Virus record (IMG/VR): IMGVR_UViG_3300047159_000056
Coordinates: 96,001 to 160,000 of that record
Source: a virus
Lineage: Duplodnaviria; Caudoviricetes
Length of the DNA stretch: 64,000 nt
Direction: 5' to 3' (one strand)
Position 1 is the first letter of the stretch. Each line of letters opens with the position of its first letter. Below the pieces are notes generated by a model, which did no database searches, had not been told where the DNA came from, and was given only the letters and a program-made list of their open reading frames with translations. This document shows positions 21,322 through 32,630 of this stretch, piece after piece. A program made the translations under genes and the position numbers.

Positions 21322-22845
21322 TTAAAAATCTGTATTTGTTTGTGTAACAGTAGTAGATATAGAGTACTTGATATCAAAATAAGAAATGCTAGTATCTATA
21401 TTGCTTTCACTTACCTCTACGTTATTATTGTCTAGATAAGTAACTGTCATAGAAGAGATCTTTTTTACATTAGAGATTTTACTAATTAGAGATTTTATTT
21501 CCTCCAACTTTCCAGAATTAAATGTTATACCAAATTTTCTCTCATATGAACTCTGTAGGATATCTTCTCCAATTGTTGACTTCCAATCTGTTTCACTGCT
21601 ATTATAAAGTTCCAGTGATATATTGAAAACAGCTGTATATTTATCTCCCTTTACCACATTAATATTATCGGTTATTACATAGTAGGCCCTCTTCTCTTGT
21701 CTGAATGTAGTAATCTGTTCTTTAGTTAGTAAGACCTCTTCATTGGTAGGAATATAGTAAATAGTAACTGCACTAGTATTATTGCTTCCATAAGAGAACA
21801 TATAAGTAGTACCGCCGCTTTTTACTTCAGTTGGATAAGCTTCTTCCAAGACAGTACCAATATCTGAATTTGATCTAAGAATTGAATTAACATATCTATC
21901 ACGATTTGCTTTATAGTGTATAGTATTAATTCCGTCTATGTCAACTTCTTTTATATAGTAGATGCCTGTTGTATTTTGTTCTAGAACCATATCTGAACTA
22001 CTACTTGTCATACTTACTAATTCAGCATTTGTAAAGTCTACTAGTTCAGCTCCTTGTAATTTTAATCTCTCTAGTTCAGAAGTATTATAGTCTTCTAGGT
22101 AACTAAGTTTATAATAGTGAGCTTCAATTTCTGCATTAGTTGTCATAGGTTTTATATCCTTTGAACTTCTGCCAATAGTATCTTTATAATAATCCGCTAT
22201 ATATAATCTAGAACCAAAGCTAGGAAGAGTTAAGTCAAAGATATCATGATTTAAGATATGTTCTGCAAATAATCTTGTTCTTGGTATAATATCTCCTTGA
22301 AGCTTAACATACATATCATCACTTAAGTTTTCCTCATAACAGTCAACATAGTAAGTATTATAAGAATTAACAGTCCATGTCTCACTAACTGGTTCTTTTG
22401 CTAGGAATCCAATAATCGTATTAGTTTCGCTTGATCCTTCTACTACTGGATTAAATGTTTTAGAAGAATAAACAAACTCCCCTGTTGTAGAATCTGTATC
22501 GCTAGGTTTCCAATATCCTAAGTAATAAACACTAAAGGTTTGACTAGTTATTATTTCGTCATAAGGATTAAATGTAAGATACTTAGTTGGTTTCATTTTA
22601 ATAAGAACCCTAGGACAAGAACCTCTAAATACACTATACATATTATCTACACAGTGCTGTATCTTACTATTAATTAGAGAACATTTTTCAAGAGAAGATT
22701 CCTGCATATAAGCTACATTCTCTACTTCACCTATGTAAGAAACATTAGCTAACATTTGAACCAGAACCTCTACTCCTTGTCCAGTATATCCTAGGTTCTT
22801 ACCAATATCTCTGTACTTATCTATATAATCTTGTAAACTTTTCAT
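21322..22845 (-). CDS. Baseplate wedge protein, T4 gp6 / gpJ-like
   Basis: N-terminus GQGVEVLVQMLANVSY..ESSLEKCSLINS resembles the gp6 N-terminal motif; canonical gp25-gp6-gp7 gene order. Confidence 0.65.
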   Translation of the reverse strand: MKSLQDYIDKYRDIGKNLGYTGQGVEVLVQMLANVSYIGEVENVAYMQESSLEKCSLINSKIQHCVDNMYSVFRGSCPRVLIKMKPTKYLTFNPYDEIITSQTFSVYYLGYWKPSDTDSTTGEFVYSSKTFNPVVEGSSETNTIIGFLAKEPVSETWTVNSYNTYYVDCYEENLSDDMYVKLQGDIIPRTRLFAEHILNHDIFDLTLPSFGSRLYIADYYKDTIGRSSKDIKPMTTNAEIEAHYYKLSYLEDYNTSELERLKLQGAELVDFTNAELVSMTSSSSDMVLEQNTTGIYYIKEVDIDGINTIHYKANRDRYVNSILRSNSDIGTVLEEAYPTEVKSGGTTYMFSYGSNNTSAVTIYYIPTNEEVLLTKEQITTFRQEKRAYYVITDNINVVKGDKYTAVFNISLELYNSSETDWKSTIGEDILQSSYERKFGITFNSGKLEEIKSLISKISNVKKISSMTVTYLDNNNVEVSESNIDTSISYFDIKYSISTTVTQTNTDF

Positions 22846-22847
22846 AT

Positions 22848-23183
22848 TTAATTATTATCAAATAGATTAAACTCTATATCTTCACTAGTCTTATTTACAC
22901 TAACGGTAACTTTTACTCTAGTATCATTTATTATATCTATGTTTTCTACATTTATCTCAATTCCTTTTTTGAACTGAGTCTTTATTTTATCTACTAAAGC
23001 ATCAACCCTAAATGTAACATCAGATTTTAGTTCATCCTTTTTTGTATTAGTTAAGATAAAGTCAAAACCTACATTAGAGTTTGGTATGTCACCAGGATAT
23101 ATGAGCAGATTTAGTTTGAAAAGATCCAAGATATATTTCTCTATCTTCTCAGTTGTTTTTCCTGTACTTAATAAATATTTCAT
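22848..23183 (-). CDS. Baseplate gp25/gpW-like sheath initiator
   Basis: 111 aa with PGDIPNSNVGFD and C-terminal beta strands; located between spike and gp6-like genes. Confidence 0.5.
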   Translation of the reverse strand: MKYLLSTGKTTEKIEKYILDLFKLNLLIYPGDIPNSNVGFDFILTNTKKDELKSDVTFRVDALVDKIKTQFKKGIEINVENIDIINDTRVKVTVSVNKTSEDIEFNLFDNN

Positions 23184-23746
23184 GCTATTATTGTTTTTAT
23201 TATAGTTGCAACACCCTTAGAAGCTACTCTACTTGCTGGATATGTTGTTCCTGCATTTGGAGATGAATTTAACCAGAGCAAGATCTTTTCACAAACCTTT
23301 TCCCAAGCTACTTCCTGAGCATTTTTATTTGAATCTCCTGTTGCTGCATATAATTCTGACCTATCAATACTTAGTCCTTTTTTAAATGCTAAGGTTGGTG
23401 CTATTGGTGTAACTAGAGCAGGACCAGGTGATAAATACATTCCACTAATTATGTTAGACTCTAATGACTTTATCCAAGTATTAAAATCATTTCCCTTTGG
23501 CGGTGAAACTTTTCCCTTTACTAATTCCATATCTGCTACAACTGGATCTGGAGTTGGTGGTGTTCCTGGTATAATTCCTTTGTAAGAAACACTTATCTTG
23601 GTATTAGCAATTATATATTCCTGACATGCTTGCGCTATAGCCTGATTAGCTGTAGTCTGTGTACTTGAACTATACTTAGAACCATCAACACCAATAGAAC
23701 CAGCTAGCTTTGATATAATAAGTTTTGCAAATGCTTGTTTAGACAT
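23180..23746 (-). CDS. Hypothetical baseplate-associated protein
   Basis: 188-aa ORF directly after the spike gene. Confidence 0.5.
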   Translation of the reverse strand: MSKQAFAKLIISKLAGSIGVDGSKYSSSTQTTANQAIAQACQEYIIANTKISVSYKGIIPGTPPTPDPVVADMELVKGKVSPPKGNDFNTWIKSLESNIISGMYLSPGPALVTPIAPTLAFKKGLSIDRSELYAATGDSNKNAQEVAWEKVCEKILLWLNSSPNAGTTYPASRVASKGVATIIKTIIA

Positions 23747-23752
23747 ATACTA

Positions 23753-24446
23753 TTATGTTCCTGAAATAATTGGTCCTATATGTGGTGCACCTGAGAAAGG
23801 ACAAACTGGTATACCACAAAATCCTCCAGAACCTGTTGGGGCAGCGGTACCATTTACAGTGAGTTTTCCTCCAGTTATTTGAACATCTGGACTTTTCACT
23901 GTAGTCTTACCGCTGCTATTAATATCTGTTTTCCCTGAAGTTTCTACCTTTGTATCACCTTTGACAGTAACATCAGAATTACCAGAAATCTCTACTTTAG
24001 CATTTCCTCCAATCTTAATAGTACAATCTCCAGTTATATTTACAGTCTGCTTTCCTTCAGCATTTATATCTATGTTTCCTTTACTATCGATTTTATACCA
24101 GGATGTAGGTTTAGGAGTAGGATCTTTTCCATCTTTTTTATCATACCAAGAATTATCAGAAGGATCAAATATACCAATACTAATCTCATCCTTACTAAGC
24201 CTAACTACTTTTCCTCTAGACCTAATACCAATAAAATCATTCTCTTTTAGCTTTTTCCCATAAATAATAAGACTTATAATTGGGATCTAATTCTTTTAAG
24301 ATAACTACATCTCCAATTCTAGGCTCATCTACCTCTCCTCTTTTAGGAAAGGCAGGTAGATTCTTATTATAACCAGGAATGTCAACCTCAATCTTATATA
24401 GGTCTGGGTCAACTATTTTTACTATTTTTCCTATAAATTCGTCCAT
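23753..24446 (-). CDS. Baseplate central spike (gpV/gp5/gp138-like), split by a one-base frameshift near 24255
   Basis: OB-fold N-terminus (FIGKIVKIVDP..EPRIGDVV). Removing one A from TGG GAA AAA GCT gives a 230-aa ORF with beta-helix repeats (TVNITGDCTIKIGGNAKVEISGNSDVTVKGD) ending FCGIPVCPFSGAPHIGPIISGT* (TAA at 23753-23755). Confidence 0.75.
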
Positions 24447-24456
24447 ATAGTTTTAA

Positions 24457-25576
24457 TTATTTTGTATCAGTTGGATCATCCTCTTTACCTAAGGCCACTG
24501 AACCATCTTCTTCTAGTCCCCAAAATTTACTAATCCAAGAAAAGTTAAAACCATCTTCATCAGTCAGGTCACTCTCCTCTGTAGAATAAAATAACTCATT
24601 ACTCTTGACTAAGTAATATTTATAAGGCCAATTTATTTTAGACGCTACTCTATCTTGTCTCTTATAATTTACAACATCCCCAATCTTATATCTTGGCATT
24701 TCAAAATCTTTTATTCTGAATGTTGTATAGTAGTTGGAATTTTGATAGAGCATATTATATTTTCTATTTTCTAAGAGAGGGTAATAATCAGTCTGAACCA
24801 TCCTCATACCATCATACCTCTTAACAAGCCTAAGATTAATAGGCTCCCACTCCGTATAATCTTGAGGCTCTTTTTTACCAGTCTTATCCTCCCAACAATT
24901 ATATGGTAAGCGATAAATTTCTCTGCTATATTGATCAGCATCTTCATCTAGTTGACTCATATTAGCATTCTCTCTTAGCCATATCTTAGGTTTAGGCTTC
25001 TCATTGTTTCCATCATGATCAAGCTTTCCCATTATTTCTTTTATCATCAATCCTTCCCAGCCAAAAGAAAAGATAGATTCCCTCTTGTAAGAATAACATA
25101 ATCTACTAATAAAATCTTGATCCGTTTCATTGTTCTGAAAATATCTCAATTTCTTATTTTGTATATCTGTATCAACCCTTATATCTTTTTTACCAGGATA
25201 TAAAGACTCTATTGTACTTCTTATATTAGTCCACTCAGAAGTATGAAGGTTAAATGCAAATGCCTTATCCTTTATACATATGAAATCTATCTTGAGGTAG
25301 TTTTTTACATATTCCTTGTTAATAATAAATACAGGAATCTTATACTCTAATCCTCCCTCTTTCTCATCTTTTAACGTGATCTCACCCGTATGCTGGTCCG
25401 TTAATAGTTTCAATGCCGTATTGGAACCATCGTGAATCATACTCATTGTTCCAAAAGCTAGTTGTCCTCCTAGCTCCTCGTACATATGAACATTGGTAAA
25501 CTTATAATGACCAGCACTGGGGTCAAACCATGGCTGAAAATCTAGAGATATTTTGAAAGGTGTTTGTATATTTCAT
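24457..25576 (-). CDS. Baseplate hub protein (gp27/gpD-like); true start probably 25576 with a one-base frameshift near 25557
   Basis: YFQNNETDQDFISRL matches the Q..ETD..FL.RL hub motif. Removing one T from ACC TTT CAA joins MKYTNTFKISLDFQPWFD.. to the track ORF starting at 25485. Confidence 0.65.
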
Positions 25577-25579
25577 CTC

Positions 25580-25885
25580 TTAAATCTTATCCATCACCTT
25601 GTCTAGATCTTCCTTCTTTATCAATCTTAAGACAGTACCCTTTGAATAATTATCAAATGAAGTCCCGCAAGTTAAGAATAGGATGCCCATATATGAAGTA
25701 CTACCATAATAATCTTTTGCAATCATATCAGGCCTATATTCATACGTGTTTATCATATAATCTTCCCTTGCTAGACTAGTATCATTTAAATATTCAAGGA
25801 TAACAGAATTATAAACATCAAATCCCTCTATATAATTAGATAGATCATTCTTAGACGAATTTATTTTATCTGTTTTCTTATACAT
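25580..25885 (-). CDS. Baseplate wedge gp53/LysM-like (gpX-like) protein
   Basis: YRPDMIAKDYYG motif. Confidence 0.7.
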   Translation of the reverse strand: MYKKTDKINSSKNDLSNYIEGFDVYNSVILEYLNDTSLAREDYMINTYEYRPDMIAKDYYGSTSYMGILFLTCGTSFDNYSKGTVLRLIKKEDLDKVMDKI

Positions 25886-25894
25886 ACTCTATTT

Positions 25895-27136
25895 TTATTT
25901 TAGCTTTATTTTAAGAGTGGTATCTAATGCAGAACCAGCATCTGTAGTGTTTCCAAATAATCCTCCCTTTTCATTCATCTCATTTAAGAATTTTTTGCTA
26001 TTATCCTCGAACACTGCATTTTGAACATCGTCATCTGTGAACTGTTCTCCATGACTAGCTGCCGGAACATTATAGGATGACAATTTAGATTTATTATCCG
26101 ATCTAACCAAACTAAGATTTTTAGCCATCTCACGGTTTGTATCATCTATAATTTTCTTTGTAGCAGGAGCATTAGCATTAATAAACTCTTCCAACTTATT
26201 TCTAGAGTATTTTGTAGCTGGTTTAAACTGAAGAGTAACATCACAATACATAGGAGATATCTTTTGTCCCGTTACATATACAGAAGCACCAACAGTAGGA
26301 TCTTTAACCATTGTTTTAGAAAAGTTAAAGGTACATCCACCAATTACAAGATTATCTAGAGCATAATAAGCACCAAACCTAAGCTTCATCGTTCCTTGTT
26401 GAACCACATCTACATCTTTTATATCAGAAGCAAAGCCAGCTGGAGGTAACTGCCAAGAGGCGAACTCTTTAGCAAACTTACCAACATCTGAATCTCCAAG
26501 CTCTGTTACATCTATATAGTCACCAATTATATAAGGCATAATAGTTTTTAGTTGCTCTTTGATAGTAATAAATTGTCCACCCTCTATCTTTGGAAATAGG
26601 GTAAACTTCATTACTAGGTTATTAAAATTAAGTCCAGTTCCTCCATAATAGGAAAATCTGGTTCCTTTTACAACTAGAGCTCTATTGAGATATACTGCCT
26701 GTTTTTCTTGATTATCAGCCACAAAGTCGGTTACTTTAGCTATAGCCTCATATAGTTTATTTCCTCCGCCTTCTTTGGTATCTGCTGCCATAGTTTTCTC
26801 AGATATAGTATGCAAGGCTTGAGCAATATCCTTTAAGTAAGGTGCCATAGTTTTTTGCTCATTAAACATAGTAGAAATAGGATCACCACCAAAGTCTGAC
26901 CAAGTATTAGCTATATCAACTGAGAAGTCTTCATTTAAAACGGCTGTAGCTATGGGATCTTTACTATATCTCCAAGTATCGGTTCCCTCTTCTAAGTTAT
27001 CAGCATGATCCCAATATTCCGGACCAATTCCAGTATATTTAGTATTGGGGTGTAGGGTAACTCTCATAAGGGGATTATCTAATTGTTGATCATAGTAAAA
27101 TCCTCCAAAGCTTCCTTCAAAATTATTTATCTTCAT
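25895..27136 (-). CDS. Baseplate tube-cap/initiator protein (T4 gp48/gp54-like tube fold)
   Basis: YGGTG..MKFTLFPK..LVIGGCTFNFS..PMYCDVTLQFKP; directly downstream of the tape measure. Confidence 0.55.
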   Translation of the reverse strand: MKINNFEGSFGGFYYDQQLDNPLMRVTLHPNTKYTGIGPEYWDHADNLEEGTDTWRYSKDPIATAVLNEDFSVDIANTWSDFGGDPISTMFNEQKTMAPYLKDIAQALHTISEKTMAADTKEGGGNKLYEAIAKVTDFVADNQEKQAVYLNRALVVKGTRFSYYGGTGLNFNNLVMKFTLFPKIEGGQFITIKEQLKTIMPYIIGDYIDVTELGDSDVGKFAKEFASWQLPPAGFASDIKDVDVVQQGTMKLRFGAYYALDNLVIGGCTFNFSKTMVKDPTVGASVYVTGQKISPMYCDVTLQFKPATKYSRNKLEEFINANAPATKKIIDDTNREMAKNLSLVRSDNKSKLSSYNVPAASHGEQFTDDDVQNAVFEDNSKKFLNEMNEKGGLFGNTTDAGSALDTTLKIKLK

Positions 27137-27139
27137 TTG

Positions 27140-30100
27140 TTATTTATGTGTAATAGGTCCAACCTTTTTAACATGTACCGTAGGACCACTGACAGAATTA
27201 GCTCTAAGATTATTAACACCGTTAGCTATTGATACTCCTGTTTGAGCATTAAGTACACCAATCTTTGAGTTGTTATTAATACTATTAGAAATATTTTTAA
27301 GTCCAACATTTATTTCACCAAGGTATTTGTTTGTAGATCCTCCTGTACTAGTAAAATCACTAACTCCGACAGTTCTTCCAAACATTTTGCTTGGTTTAAA
27401 TTTCCAACTAACTCCACTATTCATGAAGTCGTTCTTTAATCCCTTGTTAAATCTGTCACCAATATCTATGGTTTTTCCTCCGAAATTATCTCCAATTCCA
27501 AAATTCTTTCGTTTCCAAAGTGGTACATTAGTAGTTACACCTCCAGCAATAGTACTTCCAGATACAGTAGAATTTCCAAAAAGATTTAGTTTCCATTGTT
27601 CCATGTCTACTTGCATAGAGTTTATAAGATCCTGAACATTCTTAGCTATCTGTCCCTGCCAACCTTCTGAAGCGTTATGGAGAGCATTAAGATATTCTAC
27701 AACTCCTACTCCATATTTTTTACCAAGTTCAGATATAGCATCATTATGAGATTTTCCTTCAGCTAGTAATTTAAAATATATATTTTCTATTTCATCTATA
27801 CTAGCTCCCATTACTTTCTCATTCTTTTCAAGTTTAGCTCTCTGTTCTGCTATTCCTTTATTAGTAGCCAAGACTTTATTTCTAAGTTTCTTATTTAGGT
27901 CAACTAATTTATCTTCCATATTAGATCTTTTTCCCATATCCATATAGTATTTCATTTGACCTTCTACTGTATTACTATATTGCATATTTCCAGGCTTAAA
28001 GTTATTCATCTGTTGGATAAGATCTTCTTTTTCTAGGTTAATATTATCAATGTCATTTAGATTTTTATCATAACTTCCATTTCTATTATCACCAGCTCTT
28101 ATACCAGAGATTTCATTATCATTAGCCCCTATAACCTTTTTCTTTCTTAATAATCCACCCTGCTTATTCTTTAACAACCTAGTAGCTACACCAAAATCTA
28201 CATGACCATTCATATCAGTAAAATCATCTTCATTTAGTCCAGCAGCCTTAAGTCTCTTAATTAAATATTTTTCTTTTGAATCTAGTTTTGCTCCATTAGA
28301 ATTAGTTATATATGCTTCACCCATTCCTAGATCTTTTAGTAATTTTTCATTATACTCTATTTTTGGATTAACACTATCGTAAGCTTTCTTATGTCTTATG
28401 TACTTATTAGCCTTTGTAAACATATCTTCAGATGATTCCCAGCTATAACCTAATTTAGAACCAAAATTTTCTTTCATTAGTTGGTGAGCTTCATCTACTT
28501 TACCAGTTAAAAGCATACCAGTTATCTGCTTATCTATATTCTCTTTTCCTGTAAAGTTCCAATTAGACTGTCCCTCTAGTTTGTTAGTCTTTCTCCATTT
28601 ATCAAAATCTAAGTGATGTTCAGTATTATATTCTTTAGCTAAACCTGCCTGATATTTAACAAAACTATTAAAATCTTTTAGTGAGTATCCAGAAAGTCTT
28701 ATAGCAAATTCCTTTTCATTCTTTACATTGCCAAAATATTCTTTTCTCATATCTTCTGGCATGCTTCTCCACATTTTTATACCTCTCTGATATATAAAGG
28801 CTTTATTCATTTCTTTCTGTCTTTGCTGTTGACTAGTACCTATCCATGATTTTTCAAACTCTTTAAAGTCTTTTCCATGAATATATCTTAGATATTGACT
28901 TCCATATTCTTTGGTTGCCTCATATTTAAGATTACTAACTTTCTTACTAACCTCCATCTGATGAGGGGTAAGAACGCTAAATGGATTATTAGCTCTCATA
29001 GTATCGCTAAAGTCAGAAATAGAATCACTAAGACTTCCAAATCCACTTCCACCATCCATTCCAGCATTAAATCCTCCATCATCTGAAAATCCTTGATCTC
29101 CTCCACCTTGCATAGGAACAGATCCTCCCATTCCTAATCTACTAAGAATTTCTTTTGCTAGTAATTTAAAACCAGCTCCAGTTAGATGGAAAGAACTATC
29201 CCCAGAAGTACTTAAGATATATTTTTGATAATTTCCAGAACTAGGAAATAGATCTATAACATTCCATTTATTAGCTGAACATGCTCTTTGTATAGCACTA
29301 TTAACTCTAGGAACGTTCTTCATTAGATCTGGTCTCTTTACCTGAATAAGCGTACAAATATAAACTTTTGCATTTCCAGCATTTTTACCACACTTTACAA
29401 AGTCATTATATAGGCTATTATCAGAATTTCCTGCTGAATTAAGACCAGCATAGATAACAATAATCTTACACTTTGACGCTGCAGCTTTTCTAACCATTTC
29501 AGCTACCTGAGAAACTGTAGCTCCACTCTTTACAAAATGAGCACCTGGAAAATGAGATCCAATACCAACACCCCAAGAATCACCACATAAAGCTAGAGAT
29601 GAAGCTCCTGTCGATAATGTAGTAGGAGTATAGCCACCGCCTCCAGAACCACCAGAGAATCCACCATAGTCTCCGCCAGAAGAATAATTTCCTCCGCCTG
29701 AGTATGAAGATCCACTATAGTTTCCACCAGATCTAGACCCGCCTCCATAACTATAATTTCCTCCACCACCTCCATAGTAACCCTCGGTGTTAGCATTGTT
29801 ATAATTATTAGTTAGGTTATAGTTAGCTCCATATGCCTCCTGTGTATATCCTCCAGATCCTCCTGCCATTCTGAAAAATGAATTAGCATATTGGATTCTA
29901 GGGATCTTCATATAGTCATATTTACTTCCCCATCTATCAAAATCTTTAAATTTTTCATATCTAAAAAAGGCTTCTGCAGCTTCCCTAGGAGTTTTTGCGC
30001 TTCTCAGTAATCTATTAACTTCTGGGATTTGACTTCTAGATCCATATTTAATTGACCCATTAAGAGTTCCAATTAAGAAGTCTGTTTGAACTCCTAAATC

Positions 30101-32614
30101 TCTCCAATCTCTTCCTTTACTAGCAGCATATTGTCTTAGGTTAGTTAGGTTACCAGCATTCCACATAGCTAGTCCACCAGACCACTTTTTATTTGAATCA
30201 ATAGTTCTTATTGATGGATTAAATGTAGATTCTTGCATTAAGTTTCCAGCAACACCGGCGGCTTGAGCTTTTGTAAGACCTAATTCTTTCATAAGTCTTC
30301 CCATAACGTATCCACCGTTTCTCTTTTGACCAGATTTTGTTATTCTTATAATTTTTCCTAGATCAGCGCCAATATTTCCAACTATATCAGCTCCAGCATT
30401 CCAAATATCTCTACCTAAACCAGCAGCATTGTTTCCTATAGTGCCCATTCTTTGAGAATAGGCATCGTTATTATCTTGAGAATTATACTGGTCCTGTTTA
30501 TTATAAAAGTCATGCAGAGATTGATATTGCTGATTGACGTCAAAGTCTTCCATGCTTCCACCATCACCATATTTTGCAAATCTAGCAGAGGCAGCTTGTT
30601 TTCCTCCAGCTTGAGTATATAATAAACGCTGAACATTTCTAACAAAACTTTCATTGGTAGAATCCATTTGCTTAGATTGGAATAGTTTAGAGGCAAGAGA
30701 ATCTAAGGCAGCTTTATCCAGTGTATAGGCATTGACAAACATCTTTCTGCCATCTTTACCAATAGCTGCTGGTCGTGGATCCTCAGCAGGAACCATTTTC
30801 ATTACATACTTATCAGCTGCAAAATTATTCATCCAGCTTGTGGCTCCTGATAAAAAGGCATCATAATATTTATTATGTCCACCACCAGCTATAATAGAGG
30901 CTGCCACTCCTAGTTTTCCACCAAATTTACTTCCGCTCTGAGCTTGTCCTATAAATCTATTTCCTCTGGCTGTTATTCCAACATTGGCAGCATATCTAGC
31001 ACCATCACTAGGTATCATATCAGTCATTGATTCAGCTCCGAATGATTGTCCAGCACCAGCAATAAATCCACCTGCATTTTCCATATCCTGTAGATCCTCT
31101 GTAGTTTTAGGAACACGAATAAGCTTCATCTGGCGATTTTTGATGTGACCAGATTTCATAAGAGGAGCAGCAGAAGAAGCAAACATTCTTCTAATAAACT
31201 CAGCATCAACCGTTACTAAGCCTTCTTTATCAGTCGTATCAGATAATCTTTGAAGACCACTAGCCATTCTAGCAGTATCTATTCTACCTGTTGTCTTAGC
31301 TTCATTCAAGGCACCAAGAATATCCATAGACTGAGACATACTAGCAGTTGTATTATTGGCTAAGTCATTACCTTTTAAAGAATTTGGTAATAATGAGTAT
31401 CTTCTTTTACCATTATACTGATTAATAATAGCTGCATCTCCTGCACTAGTGTTATCAAATCCCTGTTGTTTATCAAAGTAACTAGGTTCATTTCTCTTTT
31501 CAGAATCTTGCATAGCCCTTGTTGAACTAGTAAGACCTGCACCCATCAAGTTAGCCTTTACACTTGCCTGTATACCAGCTTTAGGATCTACAAGTGCTGT
31601 TAAGATATTGCCAAGATAACCAGCAATATTACTAAGCATTGTTGGAAAGTCACCACCTAAGGAAGGGAATTTTATAGCCTTTATAGCATCTCCCCTCAAC
31701 TCCATGGCATGATCTAATTTCTTCTTAAGGTGATCTATAATTTCTTCACCTATCTTCTTAAATAATGTAAATAGGTTATCTCTTCTAGGATCTCCACCAA
31801 AGAAACTAATAATATCTCCTCTAACACCACCACCTCTGGACATCATTCTCTTTCCATCAGCAGTAATACCAAAGTAATCTAGACCAGCTTTTACTTTATC
31901 ACCAATCCAAGATATTATTTTTAAAACTTTTGTCCAATGTTTAGCCAAGAATCTAGCAGCAAAAAGCATAAGGAGAATACGGAACTGATTACCAACTGTT
32001 TGTCCAAAATTACTTGGATTAAACGAATTAGCCATCTCACGACCAGCTGCTGTTATTTTGCTCAACATTTTATTTGAACTTCTAACTAGAGCTGATTCTC
32101 GTTTCTCGTATTCTCTTTCTCTTTTATTATTTTCTTCTTTTTGTGCTAAGAATGTAGTGGTCAGCCAGTTCTTAAATTTACCAGAACCACCTGAATCTGC
32201 TCCTGGTGATTTAAAGGCAATATCTCTACCACCAACTGGACCACTATTATTTGTTGTATTATAGTTGTTATTTGTTATTTCTATTCTGGGAGGAACAACT
32301 TTTACATCGTGTGTTGCATTTTTTACTACCCTTGGAGCAGATACACCATATTTACCTAAGACTGCAGCTGTACTAGGACCCGCACTCTCTGTAGCAATTT
32401 GAGCAGCTTGACTCATAACATCTTGCTGCTGTGTTGTTGCTTTAATATCTGCTTGACGTAAGGATAGGTTATTTCTCTGCTCTCCTTGTATAGCCTGTAA
32501 TTGTGTCATAGCTTCCTCCCTATCTGCCATTCCTTCTCCGGGTTTAATTTTATCTTTAGAAATCTCCCTAGTTCTCTTGTCTATATTATCGCTATACGAA
32601 TCTCCTTCTGCCAT
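27140..32614 (-). CDS. Tape measure protein with phage-tail-lysozyme domain and SGNH/GDSL esterase domain
   Basis: 1824 aa, helical and A/G-rich; AQAAGVAGNLMQESTFNP..GGLAMW (about 29870-30320); CGDSW..SGAT..AGLNS..DSSFHL (about 29130-29600); located between the chaperone and baseplate genes. Confidence 0.8.
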   Translation of the reverse strand: MAEGDSYSDNIDKRTREISKDKIKPGEGMADREEAMTQLQAIQGEQRNNLSLRQADIKATTQQQDVMSQAAQIATESAGPSTAAVLGKYGVSAPRVVKNATHDVKVVPPRIEITNNNYNTTNNSGPVGGRDIAFKSPGADSGGSGKFKNWLTTTFLAQKEENNKREREYEKRESALVRSSNKMLSKITAAGREMANSFNPSNFGQTVGNQFRILLMLFAARFLAKHWTKVLKIISWIGDKVKAGLDYFGITADGKRMMSRGGGVRGDIISFFGGDPRRDNLFTLFKKIGEEIIDHLKKKLDHAMELRGDAIKAIKFPSLGGDFPTMLSNIAGYLGNILTALVDPKAGIQASVKANLMGAGLTSSTRAMQDSEKRNEPSYFDKQQGFDNTSAGDAAIINQYNGKRRYSLLPNSLKGNDLANNTTASMSQSMDILGALNEAKTTGRIDTARMASGLQRLSDTTDKEGLVTVDAEFIRRMFASSAAPLMKSGHIKNRQMKLIRVPKTTEDLQDMENAGGFIAGAGQSFGAESMTDMIPSDGARYAANVGITARGNRFIGQAQSGSKFGGKLGVAASIIAGGGHNKYYDAFLSGATSWMNNFAADKYVMKMVPAEDPRPAAIGKDGRKMFVNAYTLDKAALDSLASKLFQSKQMDSTNESFVRNVQRLLYTQAGGKQAASARFAKYGDGGSMEDFDVNQQYQSLHDFYNKQDQYNSQDNNDAYSQRMGTIGNNAAGLGRDIWNAGADIVGNIGADLGKIIRITKSGQKRNGGYVMGRLMKELGLTKAQAAGVAGNLMQESTFNPSIRTIDSNKKWSGGLAMWNAGNLTNLRQYAASKGRDWRDLGVQTDFLIGTLNGSIKYGSRSQIPEVNRLLRSAKTPREAAEAFFRYEKFKDFDRWGSKYDYMKIPRIQYANSFFRMAGGSGGYTQEAYGANYNLTNNYNNANTEGYYGGGGGNYSYGGGSRSGGNYSGSSYSGGGNYSSGGDYGGFSGGSGGGGYTPTTLSTGASSLALCGDSWGVGIGSHFPGAHFVKSGATVSQVAEMVRKAAASKCKIIVIYAGLNSAGNSDNSLYNDFVKCGKNAGNAKVYICTLIQVKRPDLMKNVPRVNSAIQRACSANKWNVIDLFPSSGNYQKYILSTSGDSSFHLTGAGFKLLAKEILSRLGMGGSVPMQGGGDQGFSDDGGFNAGMDGGSGFGSLSDSISDFSDTMRANNPFSVLTPHQMEVSKKVSNLKYEATKEYGSQYLRYIHGKDFKEFEKSWIGTSQQQRQKEMNKAFIYQRGIKMWRSMPEDMRKEYFGNVKNEKEFAIRLSGYSLKDFNSFVKYQAGLAKEYNTEHHLDFDKWRKTNKLEGQSNWNFTGKENIDKQITGMLLTGKVDEAHQLMKENFGSKLGYSWESSEDMFTKANKYIRHKKAYDSVNPKIEYNEKLLKDLGMGEAYITNSNGAKLDSKEKYLIKRLKAAGLNEDDFTDMNGHVDFGVATRLLKNKQGGLLRKKKVIGANDNEISGIRAGDNRNGSYDKNLNDIDNINLEKEDLIQQMNNFKPGNMQYSNTVEGQMKYYMDMGKRSNMEDKLVDLNKKLRNKVLATNKGIAEQRAKLEKNEKVMGASIDEIENIYFKLLAEGKSHNDAISELGKKYGVGVVEYLNALHNASEGWQGQIAKNVQDLINSMQVDMEQWKLNLFGNSTVSGSTIAGGVTTNVPLWKRKNFGIGDNFGGKTIDIGDRFNKGLKNDFMNSGVSWKFKPSKMFGRTVGVSDFTSTGGSTNKYLGEINVGLKNISNSINNNSKIGVLNAQTGVSIANGVNNLRANSVSGPTVHVKKVGPITHK

Positions 32615-32630
32615 ATAATCTTATCTTATT

